64,000 nt of DNA, from positions 192,445 to 256,444 of the IMG/VR virus record IMGVR_UViG_3300012346_000380. One strand, 5' to 3'. Under the pieces are notes generated by a model. The model did no database searches. It was not told where the DNA came from and saw only the letters and a program-made list of their open reading frames with translations. Below, one piece after another: positions 8,597-17,494 of the stretch; within the stretch, counting starts at the first letter, position 1, and every line of letters starts with the position of its first letter. Position numbers and translations under genes: made by a program. The stretch comes from a virus (taxonomy: Duplodnaviria; Heunggongvirae; Uroviricota; Caudoviricetes).

Positions 8597-9469
8597 TTAT
8601 TTATTCTTCTTAATCCAAGAAATTATGCTAGTCGAAGGTGTCCAACCTAATTCTATTGTTGCCATTTTAATATCTGCGCATGACTGATATGGTTCATTTC
8701 TCTTTGGTATAAATTGAATTTCACCACCAAAAGCTTCAGCTACTTCTAAAATACTTAGCTCTTCACCAGAACCTATATTTAAAATAAAGAAATTGTCTCT
8801 ACTCATGGCCATAATTAAAGCTGCAACTACATCTTTAACATAAACATAATCTCTGGTTTGTGAACCATCTCCTGTGACAGTAATAGGTTCAAAATCATTG
8901 TATTGCGTCATGAAACGAGCCACGGCTGGAGCATAAGAACCAGATGTTGGTTGTCCTTCTCCAAAAACATTAAAGAACCTTAAACAAGCTGTAGTCAAAC
9001 CTTTACCATGACAGTGCGCTAAATGATTTTCAGCTCTCCATTTATATTCAGCGTAAGGTGACATTGGATTCACAGGTACACCTTCGTGTGTTGGTATAAT
9101 AGAAGGATCACCGTAAACTGCAGCTGTTGAAGCCATAACTATTCTTCTAGCATTAATATCAGCTGCCCAAATTAGTAATCTTTTAGTGGCTGATAGAATA
9201 TTAGCTTTGTATTTAGGTGCATTAGATAAAGATTCTTCAACTGAGGTTGTAGCTGCTAAGTGATAAATGGCATCTATGTTCTGTAAATTAGGAAAATCAT
9301 CGATAGTTAAATCCATTTTATACAAAGTGGCTCCTTCTGGCATATCTGTAAATCTACCGGTTGATAAATTGTCTAAAACCACTACAGTTTTACCAATATC
9401 TACAAGTCTTTTGACTAAATGATGCCCAATAAAGCCACATCCACCTGTTACTACTGTTATTTTGTCCAT
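8597..9469 (-). CDS. NAD-dependent nucleotide-sugar epimerase/dehydratase (GalE-like SDR)
   Basis: TGGCGFIG, YAEYK (YxxxK), LRFFNVFG, RDYVYVKD. Confidence 0.9.
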   Translation of the reverse strand: MDKITVVTGGCGFIGHHLVKRLVDIGKTVVVLDNLSTGRFTDMPEGATLYKMDLTIDDFPNLQNIDAIYHLAATTSVEESLSNAPKYKANILSATKRLLIWAADINARRIVMASTAAVYGDPSIIPTHEGVPVNPMSPYAEYKWRAENHLAHCHGKGLTTACLRFFNVFGEGQPTSGSYAPAVARFMTQYNDFEPITVTGDGSQTRDYVYVKDVVAALIMAMSRDNFFILNIGSGEELSILEVAEAFGGEIQFIPKRNEPYQSCADIKMATIELGWTPSTSIISWIKKNK

Positions 9470-11700
9470 GTTTTAATTTTTGTAATCACATCAGAACCTG
9501 ATATTGATTTTGTACATTCAAATTGTTTTTCTGTTGCTTCATGCTTAGGACACCAGTTCCATTTGTTTTTATCAAAGTGATCCCATTCCCAACATGAATT
9601 ACAAACAGTTTTGTCTATAATTCTTAAAGTTTTATCAGTAAACTCGCAAATTTCTGGAGTAAAACCACTGATTAAAACTATCTTAGCATTTAAAGACCAT
9701 GCGAACCAACTTAAACCGCTTGAAATACCCATAAAATAGTCAGCGTGTTTGATATAGTTTGCAATTACTTGTAAATCTGATGGTAATCTTTGAGCTCCTT
9801 TAGGATAAAAGTTACCCATGTAACCATTCTCTTCACTTGAAGCTATATAAACTTTATAGCCTTGGCTTTTATGCCAATCTACTATTTCTTGCCAACCTGT
9901 TGGATTATTCCAGTATTTAGCTTGCGCTGTACTTTGAGTAGCAATGACAATATATTTGCCAGCGACTGGTCGACCTAGATCTAGAAAAGAAAGTTTTGGT
10001 CTAATTTCTCCAATAGGTTCTAAACCAAGTGCATCTGTTGCAATATCGCCTAAGTAAATCTTGCGCCAATCTCTAGGATTTTTATCCTCAAACCAAGCGG
10101 GTCCTTGACCAACATTTGCCATGTGCACTCCTATTTCATAAGTAGCATCACAGCTTGGTGTTTGAGTCCCTGGTTGCATAGCGTAGATGCCTTTTTTATT
10201 GTAGTATGTCCAATCAAATAGCCAATTCTTATAGGTTAATAAGTTAACTTTACTTAATTTGTGTTCTTCTTTAAAAGCCACAACAGCTTCTATAAAAGCT
10301 AACGTATCGCCAAGAGAAGAGCTACCAAATTCTATATTAACAACTCCATTAGTTAGATCTTGCGTCCATGTTTCTGGTTCTGAACCTTCAAACTGAAAAT
10401 CAATTTGCCAAGGCATAAAGAATTTTTCGTATGGCGCTCCCCAGTGATTAGGCTCTAAATTCATGGAGCACAAAACTTCTTGAGTGCGCGCGTTTTTAAA
10501 GCTAACTTGGCATTTTTTATCTGAGTCGTTATAGAATTTTATACCTCTGTTTATTTCTACGTGCCATTTTTTTGTGTCTTGCATAGCTATCGGTCTTCTA
10601 GCCTTTGGGCTAGCTAATAATTTTTTATATAAGTATTGGTGTTGCAGCGCAAATTCTGAGTTTGAGTCTCGAGCTACTCTAGGTTTTTGATTAAAACAAA
10701 GTCCAATAACGGATTCAGCGTCTTTACTAGCAACGCCTGTTAAATGTGTTAGTGTTTTGGTCCATTGGTCACCATACTGTGGTAAGTTAAAAGCCATGGT
10801 TGGTATACCAAGAGATGCGGCCTCTGCTAAAACTATCGGGTTGCATTCCCAGTTTGATGTGAATAGCATTAGATCGCTCATTTGTAAGAGCGTCGATGTA
10901 TCTTCGCGTTCGCCCCAGACTTTACAGTTAGGTGGTAGGTCATTCATAAGTGGTTGCCAGTACTCAGAGAAGTTTGAGGCTTGGTTACCAACAAAATGAA
11001 ATTGGTATGTGTGGCCATATTTAGCATACAACGTGCGTGCGATGTCTATGGCGTACTTTTGGTTTTTACCTTGGGTCCATAAGCCTATATTGATAATATG
11101 AAATTCTCCTTGGGTACGGTAACCAAAATCTCCTAAAATCTCCTTGCGGTCTTTGAGAATAACAGACTTAGATTTAGTCCATGGAAAAGTAATCAGAGAC
11201 TTAGTAACATCTATGTCTTTAAATGTTTTTAATTCATGTTCAGGTGAAACCATTGCAAAACCGTCGGGCAGAATCTTCTTCATTGTCGAAGGATTAAACC
11301 AAATGTTGTGGCAAGTTTCTACAATTCTCCATGGATGTTTAGTATCGTAGAGCTCTTGTTGTAATTCAATTGGAAATGGATTAAAACCATCAAAGCCTTC
11401 TGGAATTTCATCGATGTGAATAATATCAATACCACATTCATAACATAAATCTACTAATTTAGATTTCTTTTCAATTTGAATTTCTTTTGATTCAGCTAAA
11501 TCTCCAAGTGAAACAAAGTGATCCTTGTCTAATAGCTTTTCAATTTGATCTCTTTGAACTGTATAAGCATCTGAATATTTGGTCCATTCAGCTACATAAA
11601 TTTCATGCTCAGTCCATTCTTGCATTTCTTGAATACGTCTAAGTAAAAAAGCTGGCATGCCTCCTGTGGATAAATGAGGTGCTAAGTATAAAATCTTCAT
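9457..11700 (-). CDS. GT4-like glycosyltransferase fused to AAH/TibC-like protein O-heptosyltransferase domain
   Basis: N: HLSTGGMP, KNQ, SNWECNPIVLAEA; C: SLGDTLAF, IATQSTAQAKYWNNPTGW, GISSGLSW, CNSCW/WCP/FECT. Confidence 0.75.
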   Translation of the reverse strand: MKILYLAPHLSTGGMPAFLLRRIQEMQEWTEHEIYVAEWTKYSDAYTVQRDQIEKLLDKDHFVSLGDLAESKEIQIEKKSKLVDLCYECGIDIIHIDEIPEGFDGFNPFPIELQQELYDTKHPWRIVETCHNIWFNPSTMKKILPDGFAMVSPEHELKTFKDIDVTKSLITFPWTKSKSVILKDRKEILGDFGYRTQGEFHIINIGLWTQGKNQKYAIDIARTLYAKYGHTYQFHFVGNQASNFSEYWQPLMNDLPPNCKVWGEREDTSTLLQMSDLMLFTSNWECNPIVLAEAASLGIPTMAFNLPQYGDQWTKTLTHLTGVASKDAESVIGLCFNQKPRVARDSNSEFALQHQYLYKKLLASPKARRPIAMQDTKKWHVEINRGIKFYNDSDKKCQVSFKNARTQEVLCSMNLEPNHWGAPYEKFFMPWQIDFQFEGSEPETWTQDLTNGVVNIEFGSSSLGDTLAFIEAVVAFKEEHKLSKVNLLTYKNWLFDWTYYNKKGIYAMQPGTQTPSCDATYEIGVHMANVGQGPAWFEDKNPRDWRKIYLGDIATDALGLEPIGEIRPKLSFLDLGRPVAGKYIVIATQSTAQAKYWNNPTGWQEIVDWHKSQGYKVYIASSEENGYMGNFYPKGAQRLPSDLQVIANYIKHADYFMGISSGLSWFAWSLNAKIVLISGFTPEICEFTDKTLRIIDKTVCNSCWEWDHFDKNKWNWCPKHEATEKQFECTKSISGSDVITKIKTWTK

Positions 11701-11702
11701 AA

Positions 11703-13325
11703 TTAATTTTTAAATTCTCTATATTGTGATTCTATGGCTGAAATTCCACTTAATTGTGTAGCCATTGATTCTTCAAACATACCTAAATTAAACTTGGCAA
11801 AGAATATATCGTTTAAGAATATATCTGCGCCGTCCCATGTTGCATGTTTGTATCTGTCTATTAAATATCTTCTAATTTTCTGTGGAAACATAATCATCTG
11901 AGCACCTATGATTCTATTAACCAAATGAGTGTCTTCTATTTTCTGTAAGGTTTCACTTTGTAAACCATCGCCTTCTAATAAAAACCTAGAACCAAATGAA
12001 AAATAAGAAATGTCATTCTTAACAATCGATTCAGCAGCTTTGTCTATTTTTTGTAATGCTGTTTTCAAATCAACTTCTAACATAGCATCACCTTCACAGA
12101 CAATAAAAAAATCTGTATCTTCTGTAAAGTGTTCGATTGTTGCATCAGCAAAAGCTCTAAAGGCGCCATAATGTCCTGGTCTAATTGGTATAGAGTCGTA
12201 TTGATCTGGTCTAGTAAAAGTTTCTCTTGGTGGTGTTTCAGTCCATCGCTTATTCCAAACTTGAATATACTCAACTCCTATACGTGATAATTCTGAAATT
12301 GACTCTATAGATTTTGTTTGTCTGTCTTGATCTAAATCATCTTCTAATAACAAATGAACTAGTTTGATTTTAGCCTTGACATTATAATGTGATAAAACAG
12401 CTTCGAATACTTGATCTACTGAAGGATGACATTCAAATGTTGGTTTTCCTTCTAAACAATAAACTTGCGGTGGCACACCATGAATAGATCCATGCACTTT
12501 AACATTATATTTCATGTTAGATGAACAAAACAAATCACATGAGCCTTTTACATATTGATATTTGTAAGCTTGTGAACCTTGTCTGTAAGGTGCTCTTAGT
12601 TTTGGATCAATTGAACTACCTAATTGAATAAGATTAACATCTGTAGTTCCTGCCACATGTAAAATACCTGAGTCCATTGTAACTACGCACATGGCTTGAT
12701 TATTCATCATCCATCTTAATTCAGCCACGTCATTATCTGGATCATCTAACAAATTAACACCGTATCTAATATGTAAATCCATTACTGGTTTGTCAACGTT
12801 AAAGAAACCTTGTTCTTTACCACTTCTACCAACTGCCACAACTGGAATTCCTGCGTCGAATAATTTGTCTATTAAAGCTTGCCATTTTTCTTGAGCCCAA
12901 GTTCTTGATTCCCAAGTATATGTTGGATGTATCATCACATAGGAGCTGACTGGCAGCTCACGTTTTCTTTCAATATACAAATCAGTTTCCATTTCTTGTT
13001 CAGTCAGGGCAAATCCCTGTGATACGGCATGAAATTGTCGGATGTCCATGTTAGAATATCTCCACTCTATGGTTTCACCGTTATGTAATTGATATGATTT
13101 ACCAACAAGTGGCATAAACATTCGATGCACTTTACGAAAGTGATTTAGATCTGTTGATTCTGGTCTAGAAATATGTGAAAATGAAGGATGGCCTTCAAAT
13201 AAGTAGGGATGGTTTGTTATGATATGAACCTCTTCATTATCATAAGCTTTTGCTATCTTTTTACAAGCTGGAATTGCAGCAATTGTATCTCCAAGTGCAA
13301 GCGTATCAATAAAGACTCCTATCAT
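11703..13325 (-). CDS. GT9 (heptosyltransferase-like) glycosyltransferase with a second GT-A-like domain
   Basis: LGDTIAA, TMDSGILHVAG, Cys cluster; C-terminal VCEGDA. Confidence 0.7.
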   Translation of the reverse strand: MIGVFIDTLALGDTIAAIPACKKIAKAYDNEEVHIITNHPYLFEGHPSFSHISRPESTDLNHFRKVHRMFMPLVGKSYQLHNGETIEWRYSNMDIRQFHAVSQGFALTEQEMETDLYIERKRELPVSSYVMIHPTYTWESRTWAQEKWQALIDKLFDAGIPVVAVGRSGKEQGFFNVDKPVMDLHIRYGVNLLDDPDNDVAELRWMMNNQAMCVVTMDSGILHVAGTTDVNLIQLGSSIDPKLRAPYRQGSQAYKYQYVKGSCDLFCSSNMKYNVKVHGSIHGVPPQVYCLEGKPTFECHPSVDQVFEAVLSHYNVKAKIKLVHLLLEDDLDQDRQTKSIESISELSRIGVEYIQVWNKRWTETPPRETFTRPDQYDSIPIRPGHYGAFRAFADATIEHFTEDTDFFIVCEGDAMLEVDLKTALQKIDKAAESIVKNDISYFSFGSRFLLEGDGLQSETLQKIEDTHLVNRIIGAQMIMFPQKIRRYLIDRYKHATWDGADIFLNDIFFAKFNLGMFEESMATQLSGISAIESQYREFKN

Positions 13326-13347
13326 AGTTATAACATTTATATGTTAT

Positions 13348-13374
13348 TTATATAAAAAAGCTGGGCTTTGTTTA
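13348..13374 (-). promoter_or_regulatory. Class 2 promoter AAAC-N17-TATA
   Basis: TAAAC-AAAGCCCAGCTTTTTTA-TATAAA; one of 12 copies. Confidence 0.6.
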
Positions 13375-13830
13375 TTCGAAAGAGTCTAAAATAATTTGTA
13401 AATCTGTGTAGCAATCATCTATATGTTTGTAAATAGATTTTTCTTTGATACAAGTTTCACTAAATTTATAAATGTATTTGTTTGATTTTAAATCTTTAAG
13501 AGCACACATGATTTTATATTTTGGCTTCTTAGATAATAAAGATTTAAGGTGAGTAACAGACCATGTCTGTGCTTTGGCTTTACCAACAACAGCATAATCT
13601 ACTTTAACCATGGCGGTTAATTGGAAATCTGGATTGTCTAACGTAGCAAAATCATAGTATTGCTTGAATCCATTTTTTATAATAAGTAAACCATAGTAAA
13701 CTGAATCGCTTGACTCTAAAACCTTTTTCAAGGAATCTGAATCAAGCGATTCTGTTAAATAAAATGGTGGTAAGTTAACTTGAATTTTTTCTAGAACATT
13801 AAGCTCCTGTAAATCCTGTTGGTCTTGCAT
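13372..13830 (-). CDS. Hypothetical protein
   Basis: ORF track. Confidence 0.6.
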   Translation of the reverse strand: MQDQQDLQELNVLEKIQVNLPPFYLTESLDSDSLKKVLESSDSVYYGLLIIKNGFKQYYDFATLDNPDFQLTAMVKVDYAVVGKAKAQTWSVTHLKSLLSKKPKYKIMCALKDLKSNKYIYKFSETCIKEKSIYKHIDDCYTDLQIILDSFE

Positions 13831-14569
13831 CGTCTTCTAATTTAATATTTCTCTTTTCAGAACTTTTATTAATTAATCCTCCTTTAACTTCATTTCTTTT
13901 AGCAAGATATTCATTAAGATCATCTTCATTTTTGATAACCTTTGCGTATGTTTCCACTGAAGGTTCTTCTTCAACAGTTAAACCTAAAATAGATTCAGCT
14001 GATTCTTCAGAACTAATTCCATGTAAACCAGAATCATCTGGTCCATAATTTCCTTTAGGTCCTTCTAAAACCTCTGAAGAAGGTGATACGATTAATGGCT
14101 CATTAACTTCAATGTCTTTTAATTCCTTTGTTTTTTCAGGTTTAATGTAATCAACTAAAGATTTAATAAAACCTAATGCAACTAAAGGTAAAATAGCTCC
14201 TGAAACAAAAGATAAAATTCTCTTTTGATATAAAGGATCTTCTTCAACTAAGTTGAATAATTGAACCCATGAATCATAACCATTTAAATTTTTGAATGCG
14301 TAATACATGTTACCTTGCATTTGCATTAAAGTAATGGTGATGAATAAGGCCCATACTAAGCTTTTATTCATTTTATCTAATGCAATTAAAGATGCAAGAG
14401 ATGCTGCAGCTCCAACTTCAAACGCAATAGCTAAAGAAACTGCCAACCAATATGGGTTTGACATACTAAAGAAATCTATAACGTGAATTGTTGAAATTAT
14501 TGAAACTATTAAGTATAGCATCACAAAGGTAGAGATTACAAATCTATTAACCAAAGTTTGTTGTGTCAT
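13799..14569 (-). CDS. Multi-pass membrane protein
   Basis: About 4 hydrophobic helices; start probably MTQQT. Confidence 0.65.
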   Translation of the reverse strand: MTQQTLVNRFVISTFVMLYLIVSIISTIHVIDFFSMSNPYWLAVSLAIAFEVGAAASLASLIALDKMNKSLVWALFITITLMQMQGNMYYAFKNLNGYDSWVQLFNLVEEDPLYQKRILSFVSGAILPLVALGFIKSLVDYIKPEKTKELKDIEVNEPLIVSPSSEVLEGPKGNYGPDDSGLHGISSEESAESILGLTVEEEPSVETYAKVIKNEDDLNEYLAKRNEVKGGLINKSSEKRNIKLEDDARPTGFTGA

Positions 14570-14753
14570 TGTCTTCTGTATTTTTTTTACTATAAGGCCA
14601 CATTTCGTTCCAGTCTTTTTGTCTTTCACTACATCCGCAATCTTCTGCTCCTAATGCATTTGCAACCTTTTTGGCAACTTTATCCAAACCTGTAGCTTTC
14701 GTGAACTTTGCTACAGTGTCACCGAATCCTTCAGATTTTTCTTCAATTGGCAT
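14547..14753 (-). CDS. Small phage protein with CGC motif
   Basis: GFGDTVAKFTKATG...DCGCSERQ. Confidence 0.6.
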   Translation of the reverse strand: MPIEEKSEGFGDTVAKFTKATGLDKVAKKVANALGAEDCGCSERQKDWNEMWPYSKKNTEDNDTTNFG

Positions 14754-15025
14754 TATTTTTCTAATTTTTTTATCTCTTGATCGATTTCAGTTTGACGTTG
14801 CACATCTAACATTTTTCTGTCAGTTGCTTGGATCATTCTTTTTTCTGCTTTCAAACCTTCGATTTGAAGTTGTTTTTGAGTAGGCAGAGAATCAATAACA
14901 GTTAAATGTTTTTTAACTTTGGTTAGTTCTGAGTCAATACTACAAGATTTCACATACGTTAAAAACAATAAAACGATAATTACCTTAATGCCATGTTTGG
15001 CTAAAAAATTGTTTAATTTATCCAT
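14753..15025 (-). CDS. Membrane-anchored coiled-coil protein
   Basis: N-terminal TM then helical region. Confidence 0.55.
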   Translation of the reverse strand: MDKLNNFLAKHGIKVIIVLLFLTYVKSCSIDSELTKVKKHLTVIDSLPTQKQLQIEGLKAEKRMIQATDRKMLDVQRQTEIDQEIKKLEK

Positions 15026-15058
15026 GATTAGATTTTTTATTTTTTTGTATATATTTGA

Positions 15059-15793
15059 TTAAAGTTGTTTAAATGCCGCTAATCTTTCTTGGAACAGTTT
15101 AAAATAGATTTTAATATCTGCTTCGCTTAATTTAAATATTTGTGGACATGATTCTGGTTCACTTGCAATCCAAATTTCAACGCCTCTTGGTCTAATACCA
15201 GTTCTTTCCCAATAAGCTATAACATAAGCTGAAGCTTGTATAAAATAGTCTTGGATCCAACGTTCTTCTTTTGGCTTTCTAGAATTCTTATAGTCAATAA
15301 CAACAACCGTATCATCTATCAACTCTGAAACATTATCTACAGTACCTGCGTAACCGCCAGCTTTAACTGACCACAAAAACTTTTCAGCTGCTAAAACCGT
15401 CTTAACTCTATCGAAAAAATAACTAGAATTGTTGTAGAACTTCATAAAGAATTCAAAGCCTTGATCGATATAGGTTTGATCAAAGTCTGTAATTTCTTTA
15501 TCGTTTATCATCAAAGTTTTGAGCATTGCTAATCTGTCTTCTTTAGAACCTTTAAGTGGTTTATAAAGCTCAATTAATCGGTGCATGACAGTTCCTCTGT
15601 TCATAGAATTGGTAGAAATGCGATTAGCTTCTTCTTCACCAACTTTAGCTTTCCATTTGTCTAAGCCTGATTTGTCTGATGTTTGACCGAGAACTGCGGT
15701 CACTGACGGAAATGTGCCAAGAATTTTAGAGCCTTGACTTACTTGATAGTGTCTAATACCATCTATCTCAACTCTTTTAATCTTTTCTTTCAT
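15059..15793 (-). CDS. PD-(D/E)XK exonuclease (Cas4/MGME1-like)
   Basis: PSVTAVL, RGTVMH, YAGTVD...IDYKNS, QASAY; start likely MKEK. Confidence 0.85.
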   Translation of the reverse strand: MKEKIKRVEIDGIRHYQVSQGSKILGTFPSVTAVLGQTSDKSGLDKWKAKVGEEEANRISTNSMNRGTVMHRLIELYKPLKGSKEDRLAMLKTLMINDKEITDFDQTYIDQGFEFFMKFYNNSSYFFDRVKTVLAAEKFLWSVKAGGYAGTVDNVSELIDDTVVVIDYKNSRKPKEERWIQDYFIQASAYVIAYWERTGIRPRGVEIWIASEPESCPQIFKLSEADIKIYFKLFQERLAAFKQL

Positions 15794-16248
15794 TAAGCCG
15801 CCAATTGTTGTACTGTTGCTGTAAGCCAAGCCCAAGGTACATATTTAAAAGCTAACCAAGCAATGCAAACTGCTATAACTGTTACAGCTGTGCTTGTAAC
15901 AAATTCACCAAGTTCTACATAATCTCTTTCTGGCCAAAGAATAATTAAATACGAGTTTGAACCTTCAATTTTTTGAATTTCAGGAAATGAACTATCAGCC
16001 ATACCATATTTCATTAAGATATTGGTTAAAGGACCTAATTGACCTAACACATAAGATTGTTGCATTAATTCAGGTTGTGTTAGCAATTCTTCTTTAAGAT
16101 TAATAACCGTGTAAATTCTACCTAAATTATCAACTCTTAAACCTTCTGCTTCTATTTCAGTTTTTAAAGATATTGCTGCTTTGCGGTACTTATAAAGCAA
16201 TCTTAGTTCTTTAAAGAAGTTGTACCAGTATGAGAAAATATTAATCAT
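15793..16248 (-). CDS. Hypothetical protein with C-terminal TM
   Basis: ORF track. Confidence 0.6.
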   Translation of the reverse strand: MINIFSYWYNFFKELRLLYKYRKAAISLKTEIEAEGLRVDNLGRIYTVINLKEELLTQPELMQQSYVLGQLGPLTNILMKYGMADSSFPEIQKIEGSNSYLIILWPERDYVELGEFVTSTAVTVIAVCIAWLAFKYVPWAWLTATVQQLAA

Positions 16249-16297
16249 ATAAAATATATTTTAGTTGTTATATTTATTTAAATCATTTTGTTTCATA

Positions 16298-16328
16298 AAA
16301 AAAGCTCAATTCTAAGAACTGAGCTTTA
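16298..16328 (-). terminator. Intrinsic terminator after tRNA-Gly
   Basis: AAAGCTCA...TGAGCTTTTTT. Confidence 0.6.
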
Positions 16329-16331
16329 GTG

Positions 16332-16404
<73 letters not shown>

Positions 16405-16491
16405 ATTTGGGTAGGTCAGACGCGTTCTGCCTACCGAGACCTTGTCGTTGACTTTCGTCAGAGCGGACCAAGACACTTTTTAATAATAAGC

Positions 16492-16626
16492 AGGATGGGC
16501 TTTTATACGTGCTCTACCAACTGAGCTACTCTGAACGTGCCACTTAAGGCTGTGTTCAAAGGCCGGATTCGAACCGACGACCACGAGGTTAACAGCCTAG
16601 TTTTTATGGATTGCTGGAACCATCCT
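16492..16626 (-). ncRNA. Circularly permuted tRNA-Asn-like RNA in stem-CAGCAA scaffold (YrlA-like architecture)
   Basis: 3' tRNA half precedes 5' half; closed by AGGATGG/CCATCCT. Confidence 0.75.
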
Positions 16627-16642
16627 TGTATAATTAATAAAC

Positions 16643-16699
16643 GGAATACACATTGGTTTGAGTAAAAGTCAAAGTTTGTAAATTTGCTGTAGGTATTCC
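16643..16699 (-). ncRNA. Stem-CAGCAA RNA carrying a Lys(UUU) anticodon stem-loop mimic
   Basis: GGAATAC/GTATTCC stem, ACAGCAA, TTTGA-CTTTTAC-TCAAA. Confidence 0.6.
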
Positions 16700-16709
16700 A
16701 ATAATTTTC

Positions 16710-16849
16710 AGGTTTCTATTGTTTTGACCAGCGCGTCTACCAATTTCGCCACACTCCAATTTGATTTAAATTTCGTTGGAGAGGTAGGACTCGAACCTAC
16801 ACGTCTTTCGACACCGGTTTCTTATAGAATTAATTGCTGTAAGAAACCT
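16710..16849 (-). ncRNA. Circularly permuted tRNA-Leu-like RNA in stem-CAGCAA scaffold
   Basis: Variable arm and T arm precede D arm; closed by AGGTTTCT/AGAAACCT. Confidence 0.75.
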
Positions 16850-16858
16850 TTAATGTTT

Positions 16859-17023
16859 TTATTTTACAGTCGTTGTATCAACTGTAACAGTGTCTACTTG
16901 TGCAGAATCAACCTGAACTGCTGTAGAATCAGCTGTTTCAGTTTTTGAAGTTGCTCCATTACCACAAGAAGCGATTGAGATTGTTGCTACGATAGCTGCG
17001 ATTGCTAAAAATACTTTTTTCAT
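16859..17023 (-). CDS. Small Bacteroidota-type lipoprotein (54 aa)
   Basis: Manual translation MKKVFLAIAAIVATISIAS-CGNG...; lipobox; D-S/T repeats. Confidence 0.75.
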   Translation of the reverse strand: MKKVFLAIAAIVATISIASCGNGATSKTETADSTAVQVDSAQVDTVTVDTTTVK

Positions 17024-17092
17024 TTTTAATTTGTTTTAGTTTTAAATTTAATTGTAAAGATTATACCCTTAAAGTTGGCTTTGTTTCAAAAA

Positions 17093-17269
17093 TTAAGCCT
17101 CTTTGTTTTTCTCAGAAACATCAACTCTTACTGCTTGAGCTAAAGCTTTAATATCTTGCATTGCTTTACGAACTCTGGTTCCAGCTGCTTTGTTTCCTTT
17201 TTCGAAAAATTTAGTTGCGTCTTCTTTGATTGAGTTAAGAATCTCTTCGATCTGATTTAAATTTTGCAT
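17093..17269 (-). CDS. Histone H1-like nucleoid protein (Hc1 family, 58 aa)
   Basis: Manual translation ...DATKFFEKGNKAAGTRVRKAMQDIK... Confidence 0.8.
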   Translation of the reverse strand: MQNLNQIEEILNSIKEDATKFFEKGNKAAGTRVRKAMQDIKALAQAVRVDVSEKNKEA

Positions 17270-17343
17270 GTTTTTTAATTTTTTAATTAATAATTATACT
17301 GGTAAAATAAAAAAGGTTTCATCGTTAAATGAAACCTTTTTTG

Positions 17344-17417
17344 TGGAGATGACAGGAATCGAACCTGCGACCCTCTGCGTGCAAGGCAGATGCTCTAGCC
17401 AACTGAGCTACATCCCC
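17344..17417 (-). tRNA. tRNA-Ala(TGC)
   Basis: GGGGATG...CT TGC AC...cloverleaf. Confidence 0.95.
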
Positions 17418-17494
17418 AAGAGAGTTAGGACCTGAGACTTCTGCTATCTAGAATTTCTGCTGCTCCGTCCATACTCTTAGTCTTTTAAAAAAAC

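Noticed and set aside
16445-16470. Hammerhead ribozyme (CTGACGA core on - strand)
   Set aside because: No second GAAA core or stem II in the required arrangement; better explained as a GNRA hairpin
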